Position numbers and translations under genes: made by a program. A stretch of DNA of 64,000 bases, taken from contig CAVXYG010000012.1 of NCBI GenBank assembly GCA_963766005.1, positions 17,172-81,171 of the forward strand. Direction: 5' to 3'. Position 1 is the stretch's first letter. Each line of letters begins with the position of its first letter. Under the pieces are notes generated by a model, which worked only from the letters and a program-made list of their open reading frames with translations, was not told where the DNA came from and did not search any database. Of this stretch, positions 27,324 through 36,587 are shown piece after piece. The DNA comes from an uncultured Actinomycetota bacterium. GTDB lineage: Bacteria; Actinomycetota; Actinomycetes; S36-B12; GCA-2699445.

Positions 27324-28547
27324 GTGGAGCCGATCACCCTGCAGGAGCTGCAGCGGGCCCGCAGCCTGGTCGGTGTCGTGGCGCGCCAGACCCCGGTGGT
27401 GCCGGCGCGTTGGCTGTCGGAGATCGTCGGCGGGCCGGTGCTGCTGAAGTGCGAGAACCTGCAGCGCTCGGGGTCCTTCAAGGTCCGGGGCGCGTACGTG
27501 CGGATGGCACGGCTGACGTCGCAGCAGCGGGCCCGCGGTGTCGTGGCGGCCAGTGCCGGGAACCACGCCCAGGGTGTTGCGGTTGCGGCTGCCGCCCTGG
27601 GGGCGCCGGCAACCGTCTTCATGCCGCGGGCGGCAGCGCTGCCCAAGGTCGCAGCCACCCGGGAGTACGGAGCCGAGGTCGTGCTGACCGGGGACACCGT
27701 CGACGACGCCCTGGACGCGGCCCGCGAGCACGCGCAGCGGACCGGGGCAGCCCTCGTGCACCCCTTCGATCACCGCGACATCGTGCTGGGACAGGGGAGC
27801 GTGGGCCTGGAGATCCTCGAGCAGGTCCCCGATGTGGCCACGATGCTGGTGCCCACCGGCGGCGGCGGCCTCGTGGCCGGCATCGCGGCCGCCGCGCACG
27901 CAGCGGGCGAGGAGGTCGAGGTGCTGGGAATCCAGGCGGCCGGCGCCGCAGCCTACCCGGCATCCCTGCGCGCGGGCCACCCCGTGAAGCTGGAGTCGAT
28001 GGCGACTATGGCCGACGGGATCGCCGTGGCCGAGCCGGGCGCGGTCCCGCTCGCCGTGGTGCAGGAACTGGGCGTGCCGATCCAGACGGTGGGCGAGGAA
28101 TCGATTGCCCGGGCGCTCGTGCTGCTGCTGGAGCGCTCCAAGCAGGTGGTCGAGCCGGCCGGCGTTCCCGGCGTCTCGGCGCTGCTGCAGGACCCGTCCG
28201 ATCTGCGGTTCCCGGTCGTGGCGGTGCTGTCCGGGGGCAACGTCGATCCGGTCGTGCTGCAGCGCGTCCTGCGCTACGGATTGTCCGCTGCCGGTCGCTA
28301 CCTGTCGGTTTCGGTGCGCCTGGCCGACCGGCCGGGCTCGCTGGCGTCGCTGCTGGCCGAACTGGCATCCTCGGAGGTCAACGTGCTCGGTGTCGACCAC
28401 GTCTGGGCGGATCCCGGTCTGCGCATCGGGCAGGTCGAGGTGCTCGTCCAGCTCGAGACGCGCGGTTTCGACCACCGCGCGCAGACGTTGGCGCGCCTCC
28501 GTGCGGCCGGCTACCAGGTCTTGGCCCACGGCACCGAGACGACCTGA
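27324..28547 (+). CDS. ilvA: threonine ammonia-lyase (threonine dehydratase), short form with one ACT-like domain
   Basis: ORF 27324..28547, 407 aa. LKCENLQRSGSFKVRGA PLP-lysine motif, ASAGNHAQG, GGGGL loop. Confidence 0.9.
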   Translation: MEPITLQELQRARSLVGVVARQTPVVPARWLSEIVGGPVLLKCENLQRSGSFKVRGAYVRMARLTSQQRARGVVAASAGNHAQGVAVAAAALGAPATVFMPRAAALPKVAATREYGAEVVLTGDTVDDALDAAREHAQRTGAALVHPFDHRDIVLGQGSVGLEILEQVPDVATMLVPTGGGGLVAGIAAAAHAAGEEVEVLGIQAAGAAAYPASLRAGHPVKLESMATMADGIAVAEPGAVPLAVVQELGVPIQTVGEESIARALVLLLERSKQVVEPAGVPGVSALLQDPSDLRFPVVAVLSGGNVDPVVLQRVLRYGLSAAGRYLSVSVRLADRPGSLASLLAELASSEVNVLGVDHVWADPGLRIGQVEVLVQLETRGFDHRAQTLARLRAAGYQVLAHGTETT

Positions 28548-28656
28548 GCGCGGGCCAAGCGGAGTGGCATCATCCACGGCACCGCCGCGATACGTGCCGG
28601 GACCGCCGCGCGCGCCGGGGCTCCGACGCCGCCAGCCTGTTCCCCGCGGCGGAGGC

Positions 28657-29481
28657 TCAGCGCGACGCGGCCTGCCGGTAGCGGGAGATGCCGAGGGGGA
28701 TGAAGATCGCGAGCAGGAGGGCGCACCAGATGAGCGAGGTCAGCAGGGGATTCTCCATGGGGAAGGAGTCGCCTGCGTCGTAGTCCTCCGGCAGGTTGCC
28801 GAACAGAGTGCGCACCGACAGCGCCACCGAGGAGATCGGGTTCCATTCTGCGATCGGCTGCAGCCACTGCGGCATCGTTTCGGTGGGCACGAAGGCGTTC
28901 GACACGAACGTCAACGGGAACAGCCAGATGAGTCCCGCCGTCTGCGCCACCTCCGGCGAGCGGGCAGCCATCCCGATGACCGCCCCGATCCACAGGAACG
29001 CGTAGGAGAACAGGAACAGCAGCGCGAAACCGGCCACGACCTCCCAGAACGAGGTGTGCGTGCGCCAGCCCACGAGGAGGCCGGTGATCGCCATGGCGGC
29101 TACCGTGATGGCGCTGAACGCGAGGTCGGACACGGTCCGGCCTGCGAGCACGGCGCTGCGGGCCATCGGCAGGGATCGGAATCGGTCGATGATGCCCCGC
29201 TGCAGGTCCTCCGCCATCGCGATGGTGGTGGTCGCAGAGGAGAAGGCGACGGTCTGCACGAAGATGCCGCCCATGAGGAACTCGACGTAGGAGGTGCCGG
29301 GGATGGCGATGGCGCCGCCGAAGACGTAGGTGAACAGCAGCACGAACATGACCGACTGCAGGATGCCGAAGACCAGGGAATCTGGAACACGCAGCAGTCG
29401 CGTCAAGTTCCGCTGCGCGACGACGAGGGTGTCCCCGATGGAGCGCTGCACGGGGTTGCCGGCGGCGGTCTGGATGCTCAT
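28657..29481 (-). CDS. ABC-2 type transporter permease (DrrB-like)
   Basis: ORF 28657..29481, 274 aa. Six predicted TM helices. 4-bp overlap with the upstream ATPase gene. Confidence 0.85.
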   Translation of the reverse strand: MSIQTAAGNPVQRSIGDTLVVAQRNLTRLLRVPDSLVFGILQSVMFVLLFTYVFGGAIAIPGTSYVEFLMGGIFVQTVAFSSATTTIAMAEDLQRGIIDRFRSLPMARSAVLAGRTVSDLAFSAITVAAMAITGLLVGWRTHTSFWEVVAGFALLFLFSYAFLWIGAVIGMAARSPEVAQTAGLIWLFPLTFVSNAFVPTETMPQWLQPIAEWNPISSVALSVRTLFGNLPEDYDAGDSFPMENPLLTSLIWCALLLAIFIPLGISRYRQAASR

Positions 29482-30440
29482 GCGGGCTCCTCCGACGTGT
29501 CGTGGCCGGTCAGGGAGAGGAAGACGTCGTCCAGGGTCGGCCGTCGCAGGGCGATGTCGAGCAGCGTGACGCCCTGCTCGTTGAGGATCCGCAAGGTCTC
29601 CAGCAGCGCTGTCGCACCGCCCGAGACGGGCAGGCTCAGATGCCGTGCGTGTTCCACGACCTCCGGCTCACCCAGGGCGATCGGGCTGAGCGCAGCGGCG
29701 GCCGTCGCCAGATCCTCGGTGGTCGCGACCGTGATGTCGACCCGTTCCCCGCCCACCGACGCCTTGAGCTCATCCGAGGTCCCCAGCGCGATCACCCGGC
29801 CGTGGTTGACCACGGCGATCCGGTCGGCGAGCTTGTCGGCCTCCTCCAGGTACTGGGTCGTCAGCAGCAGCGTGGTTCCCTCGCGCACGAGCTCCTGGAT
29901 CACCTCCCACAGACCCACACGGCTGCGCGGGTCGAGTCCGGTCGTGGGCTCGTCCAGGAACAGCACGGGCGGAGCCGCCACGAGGGCGCCGGCCAGGTCC
30001 AACCGCCGCCGCATGCCGCCGGAGTAGGTCTTCGCCGGCCGGCCGGCCGCGTCGGCGAGGTCGAAGCGCTCCAGCAGCTCGTCCGCGCGCTGCCGGGCGC
30101 GGCGCTGGCCGAGGTGGTAGAGGCGACCGATCATCGTCAGGTTCTCCCGGCCGGTGAGGTACTCGTCGACCGCGGCGTACTGCCCGGACAGGCCGATGAT
30201 GCGGCGCACCTGGGTGGCCTGCCCGACCACATCGAGCCCGGCGACCGTCGCGGTGCCGGCATCGGGCTTCAGCAGGGTCGTCAGGATGCGGACGGTCGTG
30301 GTCTTCCCGGCGCCGTTGGGCCCGAGCAGACCCAGCACCGTGCCTTCGGCCACGTCGAGGTCCACCCCGTCGAGGGCTCGGACCTCGCCGGAGCGGGAGG
30401 CGAAGACCTTGACCAGCCCCCGTGCTTCGATGGCCGGCAC
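29478..30440 (-). CDS. ABC transporter ATP-binding protein (DrrA-like)
   Basis: ORF 29478..30440, 320 aa. Walker A GPNGAGKTT, signature YSGGMRRRL, Walker B VLFLDEPT. Confidence 0.9.
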   Translation of the reverse strand: MPAIEARGLVKVFASRSGEVRALDGVDLDVAEGTVLGLLGPNGAGKTTTVRILTTLLKPDAGTATVAGLDVVGQATQVRRIIGLSGQYAAVDEYLTGRENLTMIGRLYHLGQRRARQRADELLERFDLADAAGRPAKTYSGGMRRRLDLAGALVAAPPVLFLDEPTTGLDPRSRVGLWEVIQELVREGTTLLLTTQYLEEADKLADRIAVVNHGRVIALGTSDELKASVGGERVDITVATTEDLATAAAALSPIALGEPEVVEHARHLSLPVSGGATALLETLRILNEQGVTLLDIALRRPTLDDVFLSLTGHDTSEEPA

Positions 30441-30441
30441 G

Positions 30442-30927
30442 TCAGGTCGTGTACGGCTCGACGCGGAGGATGTTCACGACCATCTCCTTGCCGTTGGGCA
30501 TCGTGTAGCTCGCGGAATCGCCAGCGCGCTTGCCCTTGATGGCTTCGCCGAGCGGCGACGACGGCGAGAAGACGTCGACCGAGGCGTGCGCGGCCTCTTC
30601 CCGCGAGGCCAGCAGGAACGTCTGCTCCTCGTTGAGCGCTTCGAACAGGACGGTGACGACCTTGCCCTGCGCCACCTCGTCGGGGTGCGCCTCCGGGACG
30701 CCCACCTGCGCGTTCTTCAGCAGTGCCTTCAACTGCAGGATGCGGGCCTCGTTGTGGCCCTGCTCCTCCTTGGCCGCGTGATAGCCGGCGTTCTCCTTCA
30801 GATCGCCCTCGTCGCGGGCGAGACCGATCTTCTCCGAGATCTGCTTGCGCATGGATCCCTCACGCTCGGCCAATTCGGCCTGCAGCGCGTCGTAGGCCTC
30901 CTGAGTCAGCCAACTGACCTCGCTCAT
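30442..30927 (-). CDS. greA: transcription elongation factor GreA
   Basis: ATG 30927 preceded by AGGAG, 161 aa. SWLTQEAYDALQAEL...ARDEGDLKENAGYHAAKEEQ. The upstream part of ORF 30442..31062 is not protein-like. Confidence 0.95.
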   Translation of the reverse strand: MSEVSWLTQEAYDALQAELAEREGSMRKQISEKIGLARDEGDLKENAGYHAAKEEQGHNEARILQLKALLKNAQVGVPEAHPDEVAQGKVVTVLFEALNEEQTFLLASREEAAHASVDVFSPSSPLGEAIKGKRAGDSASYTMPNGKEMVVNILRVEPYTT

Positions 30928-31110
30928 CAGCACTCCTGTGGTGGGGGAGTTTGCGCGGCCCGGCAACGGCGCGCCGCCTGTCGATTCGGCAAGGCTAACA
31001 CTGCCGGCCCTCCCCGGCCGGGCGCTGGCGTCGATGGTGGGTGGTCGCGACGGGGTCGGCAACCGCTCCGGTACGAGGCGGCCGTGGTGGCATCCGGGCC
31101 CGGGTGGGTG

Positions 31111-31563
31111 TCAGCCGGCGGTCCACGGCTGGTCCGGCGCGAGCACGCCCGGCGGGAACGCCGGCGGCGGGACCCGCAGGGGTTCCCCGCTTGGCCCGCA
31201 TCCCAGGATCTCCACAACGCCGACCGGGCCGATGACGCGCATGGAGTAGGTCGGCTGCACGTAGTCCGAGCCGGCCGGCAGGGTCGCTTCTGCGTACCCC
31301 ACATCCACGCGGTCGCCGTCCTGCGCCCGCAGCACGCAGGCGACCGCAAGGGCGGCGGGCCGGTTGACCTCGAAGGTGATGTCGACCCGGTCCGGTTGCA
31401 CCTGCTGGAAGACCAGCAGGCGGGCATCGATCGGCTCTGTCGTCAGTTGCACGGCGAAGTAGCCCAACACGACGGTGAATACCGCGATCGTGAGTCCGGC
31501 GGCGATTCGGGAGGGCCAGGGATTGCGGTCCAGCCCGTAGCGCTCCCGCATCTGCGGCGTCAT
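31111..31563 (-). CDS. DUF4307 domain-containing membrane-anchored protein
   Basis: ATG 31563 in ORF 31111..32310, 150 aa. MTPQMRERYG..., one TM helix, then VDITFEV...ACVLRAQD...VG pattern. Its position next to greA is typical for Actinobacteria. Confidence 0.7.
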   Translation of the reverse strand: MTPQMRERYGLDRNPWPSRIAAGLTIAVFTVVLGYFAVQLTTEPIDARLLVFQQVQPDRVDITFEVNRPAALAVACVLRAQDGDRVDVGYAEATLPAGSDYVQPTYSMRVIGPVGVVEILGCGPSGEPLRVPPPAFPPGVLAPDQPWTAG

Positions 31564-31689
31564 CGATGCCTCGGCTTGCGCCCCCATACCGCCTCCCGGC
31601 CGGTTTGGCCGCGTGGGTTCGTTTGCGACACTGGTACCAGTGTGACAGCCGGGCGCGGACTGGCGATCACGGCGATCAGGGAGGCCGCA

Positions 31690-31911
31690 GTGGTGTTCGA
31701 GGCTCTGGCAGCAGTCGTGTCCCAGGATCCCGTGGTGGAACCCGACCCCGATATCGTGACGCCGGGCTTGCTCGGATTGATCATGGTCCTGCTGCTGGGC
31801 ATCGCGATCTACCTGCTGTTCCGTTCCATGAACCGGCATTTGCGGAAAGTCGATTTCCCTGAGCCCGAGGAAGCCGACGGCAGCGGTGATGAGCGCTCCG
31901 CCGCGCAGTGA
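31690..31911 (+). CDS. small single-pass membrane protein (hypothetical)
   Basis: GTG 31690 preceded by GGGAGG, 73 aa. TM helix GLLGLIMVLLLGIAIYLLF followed by an acidic tail. The start is uncertain (alternatives GTG 31756, or the in-frame ATG at codon MVLLLG). Confidence 0.35.
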   Translation: MVFEALAAVVSQDPVVEPDPDIVTPGLLGLIMVLLLGIAIYLLFRSMNRHLRKVDFPEPEEADGSGDERSAAQ

Positions 31912-32677
31912 GGTCCTGCGGCTCCTGGCGACTCCGCGGTGGCTCGCGCTCACCCTGCTCCTGGTCGCGCTGAGCGTCCTCTTCGCCGTCGCGTCGACCT
32001 GGCAGTACCAGCGGGCCATCGACCAGGTCAACACCGAGCGAGCTGCCGCGTCCGTGCCGCAGCCGATCGAGACGTTGGTTCCCGCCGGACCCGATGTCCC
32101 CGCCGAGTCGCTGGGACGCGTCGGCGTCGTGTCCGGCTCGTACGTCGCCGACGCCTGGGTCACCGGGCGGCTGTCGCCCTCGGGTGAGCCCGGCGTCTGG
32201 CTGATGAGCGCAGTCGATGACGGATCCGGGCTGCTCACCCCCGTGCTGCGGGGATGGCTGCCGACCCGCAGCGAACCCGGCGAAGACCGACCGCGGTCCG
32301 GCCCGGTCACGGTGACGGGACGCGTCAGCAGCGCGGAGAACTTCTACACCGAGGTCGCCGCCGGCGGACCGGACGAACTCGTCGCCATCACCGACGAGCG
32401 CCTCGCCGAGGTATGGCAGCAGCCGCTGCGCCCGGGGTACCTCGTGCTGGTCGAGCAGGAGCCGGGGCCGACTGCCGGCGATCCGGTCGCGGTGGCGTCG
32501 GTCTTCGGCTCGAGCACCGACGTCGGATTCCCGTGGCAGAACGCCGGGTACGCCGCTCAGTGGGTGGTGTTCATCGGCTTCGCCGGGTTCATGTACTGGC
32601 GGCTGTTCGTCGATGATCTGCGTCGCAGGCGCGGCTCGGCGGCGGCGCAGCCGCGGCAGGTCGCGGGCCGCCGATAG
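31886..32677 (+). CDS. SURF1-like cytochrome oxidase assembly family protein
   Basis: ORF 31886..32677, 263 aa. N-terminal TM plus W-Q-x-x-R motif (STWQYQRAIDQ), and a C-terminal TM helix with YAAQW. Confidence 0.75.
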   Translation: MMSAPPRSEVLRLLATPRWLALTLLLVALSVLFAVASTWQYQRAIDQVNTERAAASVPQPIETLVPAGPDVPAESLGRVGVVSGSYVADAWVTGRLSPSGEPGVWLMSAVDDGSGLLTPVLRGWLPTRSEPGEDRPRSGPVTVTGRVSSAENFYTEVAAGGPDELVAITDERLAEVWQQPLRPGYLVLVEQEPGPTAGDPVAVASVFGSSTDVGFPWQNAGYAAQWVVFIGFAGFMYWRLFVDDLRRRRGSAAAQPRQVAGRR

Positions 32678-32719
32678 CCGCGGTTCGTCGGCCGAGGGCC
32701 GGCGGCTTACCCTGAAACG

Positions 32720-33124
32720 GTGACTGCCCCATCTCTGCGCGGACTGTCCGGCGCACTGGTCCGATACCGCGTCATGGCCTATGTCACCGGGGTGCTGCTC
32801 GGGTTCCTGACCGTCGTCGGGCTGCCCTACAAGTACCTCCTGGACGGGGACGCGTCGTGGTACGCGGTGGGTTGGATGCTGCACGGCTGGGCGTACATCA
32901 TCTATGTCGCCTTCGCCCTCGACCTCGTCTTCCGGCTGCGGTGGAGCCTGCTGCGCGCGCTGGGCGTGGTCCTGGCCGGCACCATCCCGTTCATGTCCTT
33001 CGTCGCAGAGCGCCGCGTGACCCATGCGGTGGACGCGATCCTCGAAGGGAACGCCGAGGGGCCCCGATCCGCCGGGGAAGCCGGGGCAGCGGGCACCGGC
33101 GAGGAGGCTCGCCAGCAGGCCTAG
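32720..33124 (+). CDS. DUF3817 domain-containing integral membrane protein
   Basis: ORF 32720..33124, 134 aa. YRVMAYVTGV...GWMLHGWAYIIYV...GTIPFMSF pattern. Confidence 0.75.
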   Translation: MTAPSLRGLSGALVRYRVMAYVTGVLLGFLTVVGLPYKYLLDGDASWYAVGWMLHGWAYIIYVAFALDLVFRLRWSLLRALGVVLAGTIPFMSFVAERRVTHAVDAILEGNAEGPRSAGEAGAAGTGEEARQQA

Positions 33125-33438
33125 CCCTGGCCCCGCGCACCCGCTGCGTCGGGCGCCGGACCATCGGTCCCGCTCGCCCTTGGCGCGTGGTGCGCGAGGC
33201 GGGCCGATCATGTCGTCGGCGAGGTGTCGCGGGAACCGCTGCGCCGGAGGTCGAAGCCCCACCGTCTTGCGGTCGTGCCCGATCCGGGCGCGTCACGCGT
33301 CTGGTCGCTGTCGTGGCCACTACGCTGTGAGCAACGGAGTCGCTTCCCCGCTCCGCGCAGTGCCCACCAGGGCGGTCGAGCGGTTCTCGCCGCAGGCCGC
33401 GGAGACCGGGCCGGGCGGCCCGGGAAGGGGAGGCCGGC

Positions 33439-34785
33439 GTGCCGGACGGAACTGACCGCACGAATGGCGAGCAGCGGACGAACTCGGCGCGCACCGATCG
33501 GCGCACCTACGTGCTGGACACCTCCGTGCTGCTCTCCGACCCAAACGCGATGCTCCGCTTCGACGAGCACGAAGTCGTGCTGCCGATCGTCGTGGTCACC
33601 GAGTTGGAGGCCAAGCGCACCCACGCCGAGCTCGGGTACTTCGCCCGGGCCGCCCTGCGGATCCTCGACGATCTGCGCGTCGAGCACGGCCGACTCGACG
33701 AGCCGCTGCACATCGGCGATGCCGGCGGGACGCTGCGCGTGGAGCTCAACCACAGTGATGCGGCGGTCCTGCCCTCCGGCTTCCGGCTGGGGGACAACGA
33801 CACCCGGATCCTGGCGGTGGCGCGCAGCCTGGCCGCCGAGGGCGCCGACGTGGTCCTGGTGAGCAAGGATCTGCCGCTGCGGGTCAAGGCGTCGGCCGTG
33901 GGCCTGCAGGCGGAGGAGTATCGCGCGGAACTCGTGGTCGAGTCCGGCTGGACGGGCATGGCGGAAATCGACGTGGCGGGCTCGGTGATCGACGAGTTGT
34001 ACGCGGAGACCTGCGTGGATCTCGACGAAGCGCGCGACCTGCCCTGCAACACCGGTGTGGTGCTCGTCAGTGAGCGGGGGAGCGCGCTCGCGCGAGCCAC
34101 CGCCGACAAGACCCTGCGGCTGGTGCGCGGGGACCGGGAGGCCTTCGGGCTGCACGGTCGCAGCGCCGAGCAGCGGATCGCCCTGGATATCCTGCTGGAC
34201 CCCTCGGTCGGCATCGTGTCGCTGGGCGGGCGCGCCGGGACCGGCAAGAGCGCGTTGGCGCTGTGCGCGGGGCTGGAGGCGGTGCTGGAACGCCGAGAGC
34301 ATCGCAAGGTGATGGTGTTCCGGCCGCTCTACGCCGTCGGCGGCCAGGAGCTCGGATACCTGCCGGGCAGTGAGAACGACAAGATGACGCCGTGGGCGCA
34401 GGCGGTCTTCGACACCCTGTCCGCCGTGGTCAGCGCCGAGGTGATGGACGAGGTGCTCGACCGCGGGCTGCTGGAGGTCCTGCCGCTGACGCACATCCGT
34501 GGCCGGTCGCTGCACGACGCCTTCGTCATCGTCGACGAGGCCCAATCGCTGGAGCGCAACGTCCTGCTGACCGTGCTGTCGCGGATCGGCCAGGACTCCC
34601 GGGTCGTGCTCACCCACGACGTGGCCCAGCGGGACAACCTGCGGGTGGGCCGACACGACGGCGTGGTGGCGGTGATCGAGCAGCTGAAGGGACACCCCCT
34701 CTTCGGACACGTCACGTTGACGCGCGCCGAGCGCTCCCCGATCGCCGCGCTGGTCACCGAGGTGCTGGAGGGCATGCCAACTTGA
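33439..34785 (+). CDS. phoH2: PhoH2: PIN-domain RNase fused to a PhoH-like ATPase
   Basis: ORF 33439..34785 (GTG start), 448 aa. PIN N-terminus [12 protein letters not shown]...VVTELE...[11 protein letters not shown]. Walker A GRAGTGKS and Walker B VIVDEAQ. Confidence 0.9.
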   Translation: MPDGTDRTNGEQRTNSARTDRRTYVLDTSVLLSDPNAMLRFDEHEVVLPIVVVTELEAKRTHAELGYFARAALRILDDLRVEHGRLDEPLHIGDAGGTLRVELNHSDAAVLPSGFRLGDNDTRILAVARSLAAEGADVVLVSKDLPLRVKASAVGLQAEEYRAELVVESGWTGMAEIDVAGSVIDELYAETCVDLDEARDLPCNTGVVLVSERGSALARATADKTLRLVRGDREAFGLHGRSAEQRIALDILLDPSVGIVSLGGRAGTGKSALALCAGLEAVLERREHRKVMVFRPLYAVGGQELGYLPGSENDKMTPWAQAVFDTLSAVVSAEVMDEVLDRGLLEVLPLTHIRGRSLHDAFVIVDEAQSLERNVLLTVLSRIGQDSRVVLTHDVAQRDNLRVGRHDGVVAVIEQLKGHPLFGHVTLTRAERSPIAALVTEVLEGMPT

Positions 34786-34799
34786 CGTGCGTGTCAAGT

Positions 34800-35351
34800 A
34801 TGGTGGCTGCCATGGAGATCACGACGAACGCCGACAAGTTGCGCGACATCAACGAGTTCGACGCCCGCGAAACTCATGGCATCCTGCAGTTCATCGGGCA
34901 GAATCTCGGGCCGAAGCCGTGGTTCATCGCCATCTTCAAGCGCGTCGGCCCTCGCATCGACCCCGTGATGACGCGGCTCAGCGGCGGCGAATGGATGAAG
35001 TCGGTCTACGGGCTGCCGGGCCTGGTGCTCCACACCACGGGGGCGAAGTCCGGTGTGCCGCGCGCCAACCCGCTGCTCTATGTGCGCGACGGCGACGACT
35101 TCATCGTCGTCGGGACCAACTTCGGCCAGCCCAAGCATCCTGCGTGGACCGGCAATCTCAAGGCGCACCCGGACGCCGCCGTCGAGGTCGGTGGTGTGAC
35201 GCTGCCGGTTCGGGCGTCCCTGATCGAGGGCGATGCCTGGGACGAGCTCTTCGCCCGGCTCGTGGCGGTCTACCCGGGCTACGCGCTCTACCTGGATCGC
35301 CGTGGCGATCTCCCGCCGCGGATGTTCCGGCTGGTGCCGCAGGTGTCGTAG
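34800..35351 (+). CDS. nitroreductase-family deazaflavin (F420)-dependent oxidoreductase (Ddn-like)
   Basis: ATG 34800 in the frame of ORF 34392..35351, 183 aa. LHTTGAKSGVPRANPLLYVRDGDDFIVVGTNFGQPKHPAWTGNL is the family signature. Confidence 0.8.
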   Translation: MVAAMEITTNADKLRDINEFDARETHGILQFIGQNLGPKPWFIAIFKRVGPRIDPVMTRLSGGEWMKSVYGLPGLVLHTTGAKSGVPRANPLLYVRDGDDFIVVGTNFGQPKHPAWTGNLKAHPDAAVEVGGVTLPVRASLIEGDAWDELFARLVAVYPGYALYLDRRGDLPPRMFRLVPQVS

Positions 35352-35762
35352 CAGCTCCGGGCTGTCGGGGATGCCCAGACGTCTGGAGCGGGCCTCGCCG
35401 TAGGTTTGGGCGGGGCCGATCCGGGGCATGCTCAGGGTGTCCGCAGAACTCCCCGACAGGGCCCGCGATTCGGAGCCCAAGGGGATCGAGCTCGGATCCT
35501 CGGCCAGCCGCCGAGGCTGGAGAATTGGCTCGTCCGTTTGGCCATGTGTGGAACGGACTTCGAGGTCAGCCCTTCGGGGGTTGGGTTGACCGGTGCCCGG
35601 GCCGTCCTGGAGGCGGTCCGGGTTTCTCTGGCGCCCCGAGACTCCGGTGGCCTTCCCCTCGCCCCGTGACATTGCTCACCACGTATCGGCTTGCGCTCAG
35701 GCAGCGCCGTCTGGTCACACTGGAATCCCATGCACGTCTCAGATGTGTCACAAGGAGTTCCT

Positions 35763-36458
35763 GTGAAGGTGAGAATCCTGGCCATGGCCGGTGCTGCCGG
35801 AGTCCTGGCCGCGGTGACGCTGGTCGTTGCCCAGCCGGCGGCGGAGACGACGACCGCGCTCATGCCCGACACCGCGCCCCGAGCGGTGGCAGCGATCGAG
35901 CTGGAACTGAACGCGGTCGAGCGGGAAGCCGCCCGGGTCGCAGCGGAGGCCTCGCGCCGGGAGGTGCCGGCGGTGCTGGCCGAGCGCGAGGAAGCGCGCC
36001 GAGTCGAGCAGGAGCAGGCGCGCGCCGCGGCGGAGGCCAAGGCGCGGCAGGAGGCGGAGGCGAAGGCGGCGGCTGAGGCGAAGGCGGCGGCTGAGGCCGA
36101 GGCCAAGGCCGCGGCGCCGGCGGCCCCGTCGACGGGGCGTCCCACGAACGACTACGGGATCGCGGGCAGCGCCTACACCGGGCCGATGTACAACGCGGGC
36201 TCGGAGTCCACGCGCAAGTGCATCGTGGCCAAGGAGTCCGGCGGCAACTACGGGATCGTGTCGAGCAACGGCCGGTACCACGGGGCGTACCAGTTCTCGC
36301 GTCCGACCGGCGATGCCACCGCCCAGCGGATGGGCCGGGCGGATCTCGTGGGCACCCCGGTGAGCCAGTGGAGCCGCTACGAGCAGGACATGGCGTTCTG
36401 GACGCTGTGGAACAACGGTGCTGGGCGGGGCAACTGGCCAACCGCGGCGGGCTGCTGA
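35763..36458 (+). CDS. secreted protein with Ala/Glu/Lys-rich linker and C-terminal Rpf/Apf-like transglycosylase-like (lysozyme-fold) domain
   Basis: GTG 35763 preceded by AAGGAG, 231 aa. Signal peptide VKVRILAMAGAAGVLAAVTLVVAQPAA. C-terminal C..ESGGNYG...G.YQFS....W...C pattern. Confidence 0.75.
   Translation: MKVRILAMAGAAGVLAAVTLVVAQPAAETTTALMPDTAPRAVAAIELELNAVEREAARVAAEASRREVPAVLAEREEARRVEQEQARAAAEAKARQEAEAKAAAEAKAAAEAEAKAAAPAAPSTGRPTNDYGIAGSAYTGPMYNAGSESTRKCIVAKESGGNYGIVSSNGRYHGAYQFSRPTGDATAQRMGRADLVGTPVSQWSRYEQDMAFWTLWNNGAGRGNWPTAAGC
36105..36458 (+). repeat. 354-bp direct repeat, copy 1 (3' end of the first Rpf-like gene)
   Basis: Identical to 36817..37170 at an offset of 712 bp, apart from one synonymous difference (T at 36420 versus C at 37132). 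Confidence 0.9.
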
Positions 36459-36587
36459 TCCCGCGCGCGCCCGATTCGGCCGTGCTCGCCGTCGACGCCG
36501 GGGCCTTCGCGAGGTTTCATCCGCGCCCACCGGGGCAGGACCGGGTGCACAGAGTCCCGGTCCGACCCCCGGGGCGTGGGAGTCGAG

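Noticed and set aside
28657-30440. The DrrAB-like ABC exporter as a marker of an antibiotic biosynthesis or resistance island.
   Set aside because: No biosynthetic, regulatory or mobility genes accompany it. It is flanked by ilvA and greA core genes.
33439-34785. PhoH2 (PIN-PhoH) as a candidate toxin or defence element.
   Set aside because: It is a widely conserved housekeeping-type actinobacterial gene in its usual context. There is no adjacent antitoxin-like ORF and nothing anomalous in the sequence.
35352-35762. A specific call as a ydaO/c-di-AMP riboswitch.
   Set aside because: The context is right (upstream of an Rpf-like gene), but I could not find the conserved blocks in the correct order by eye. 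It is kept only as a structured leader to be tested with covariance models.
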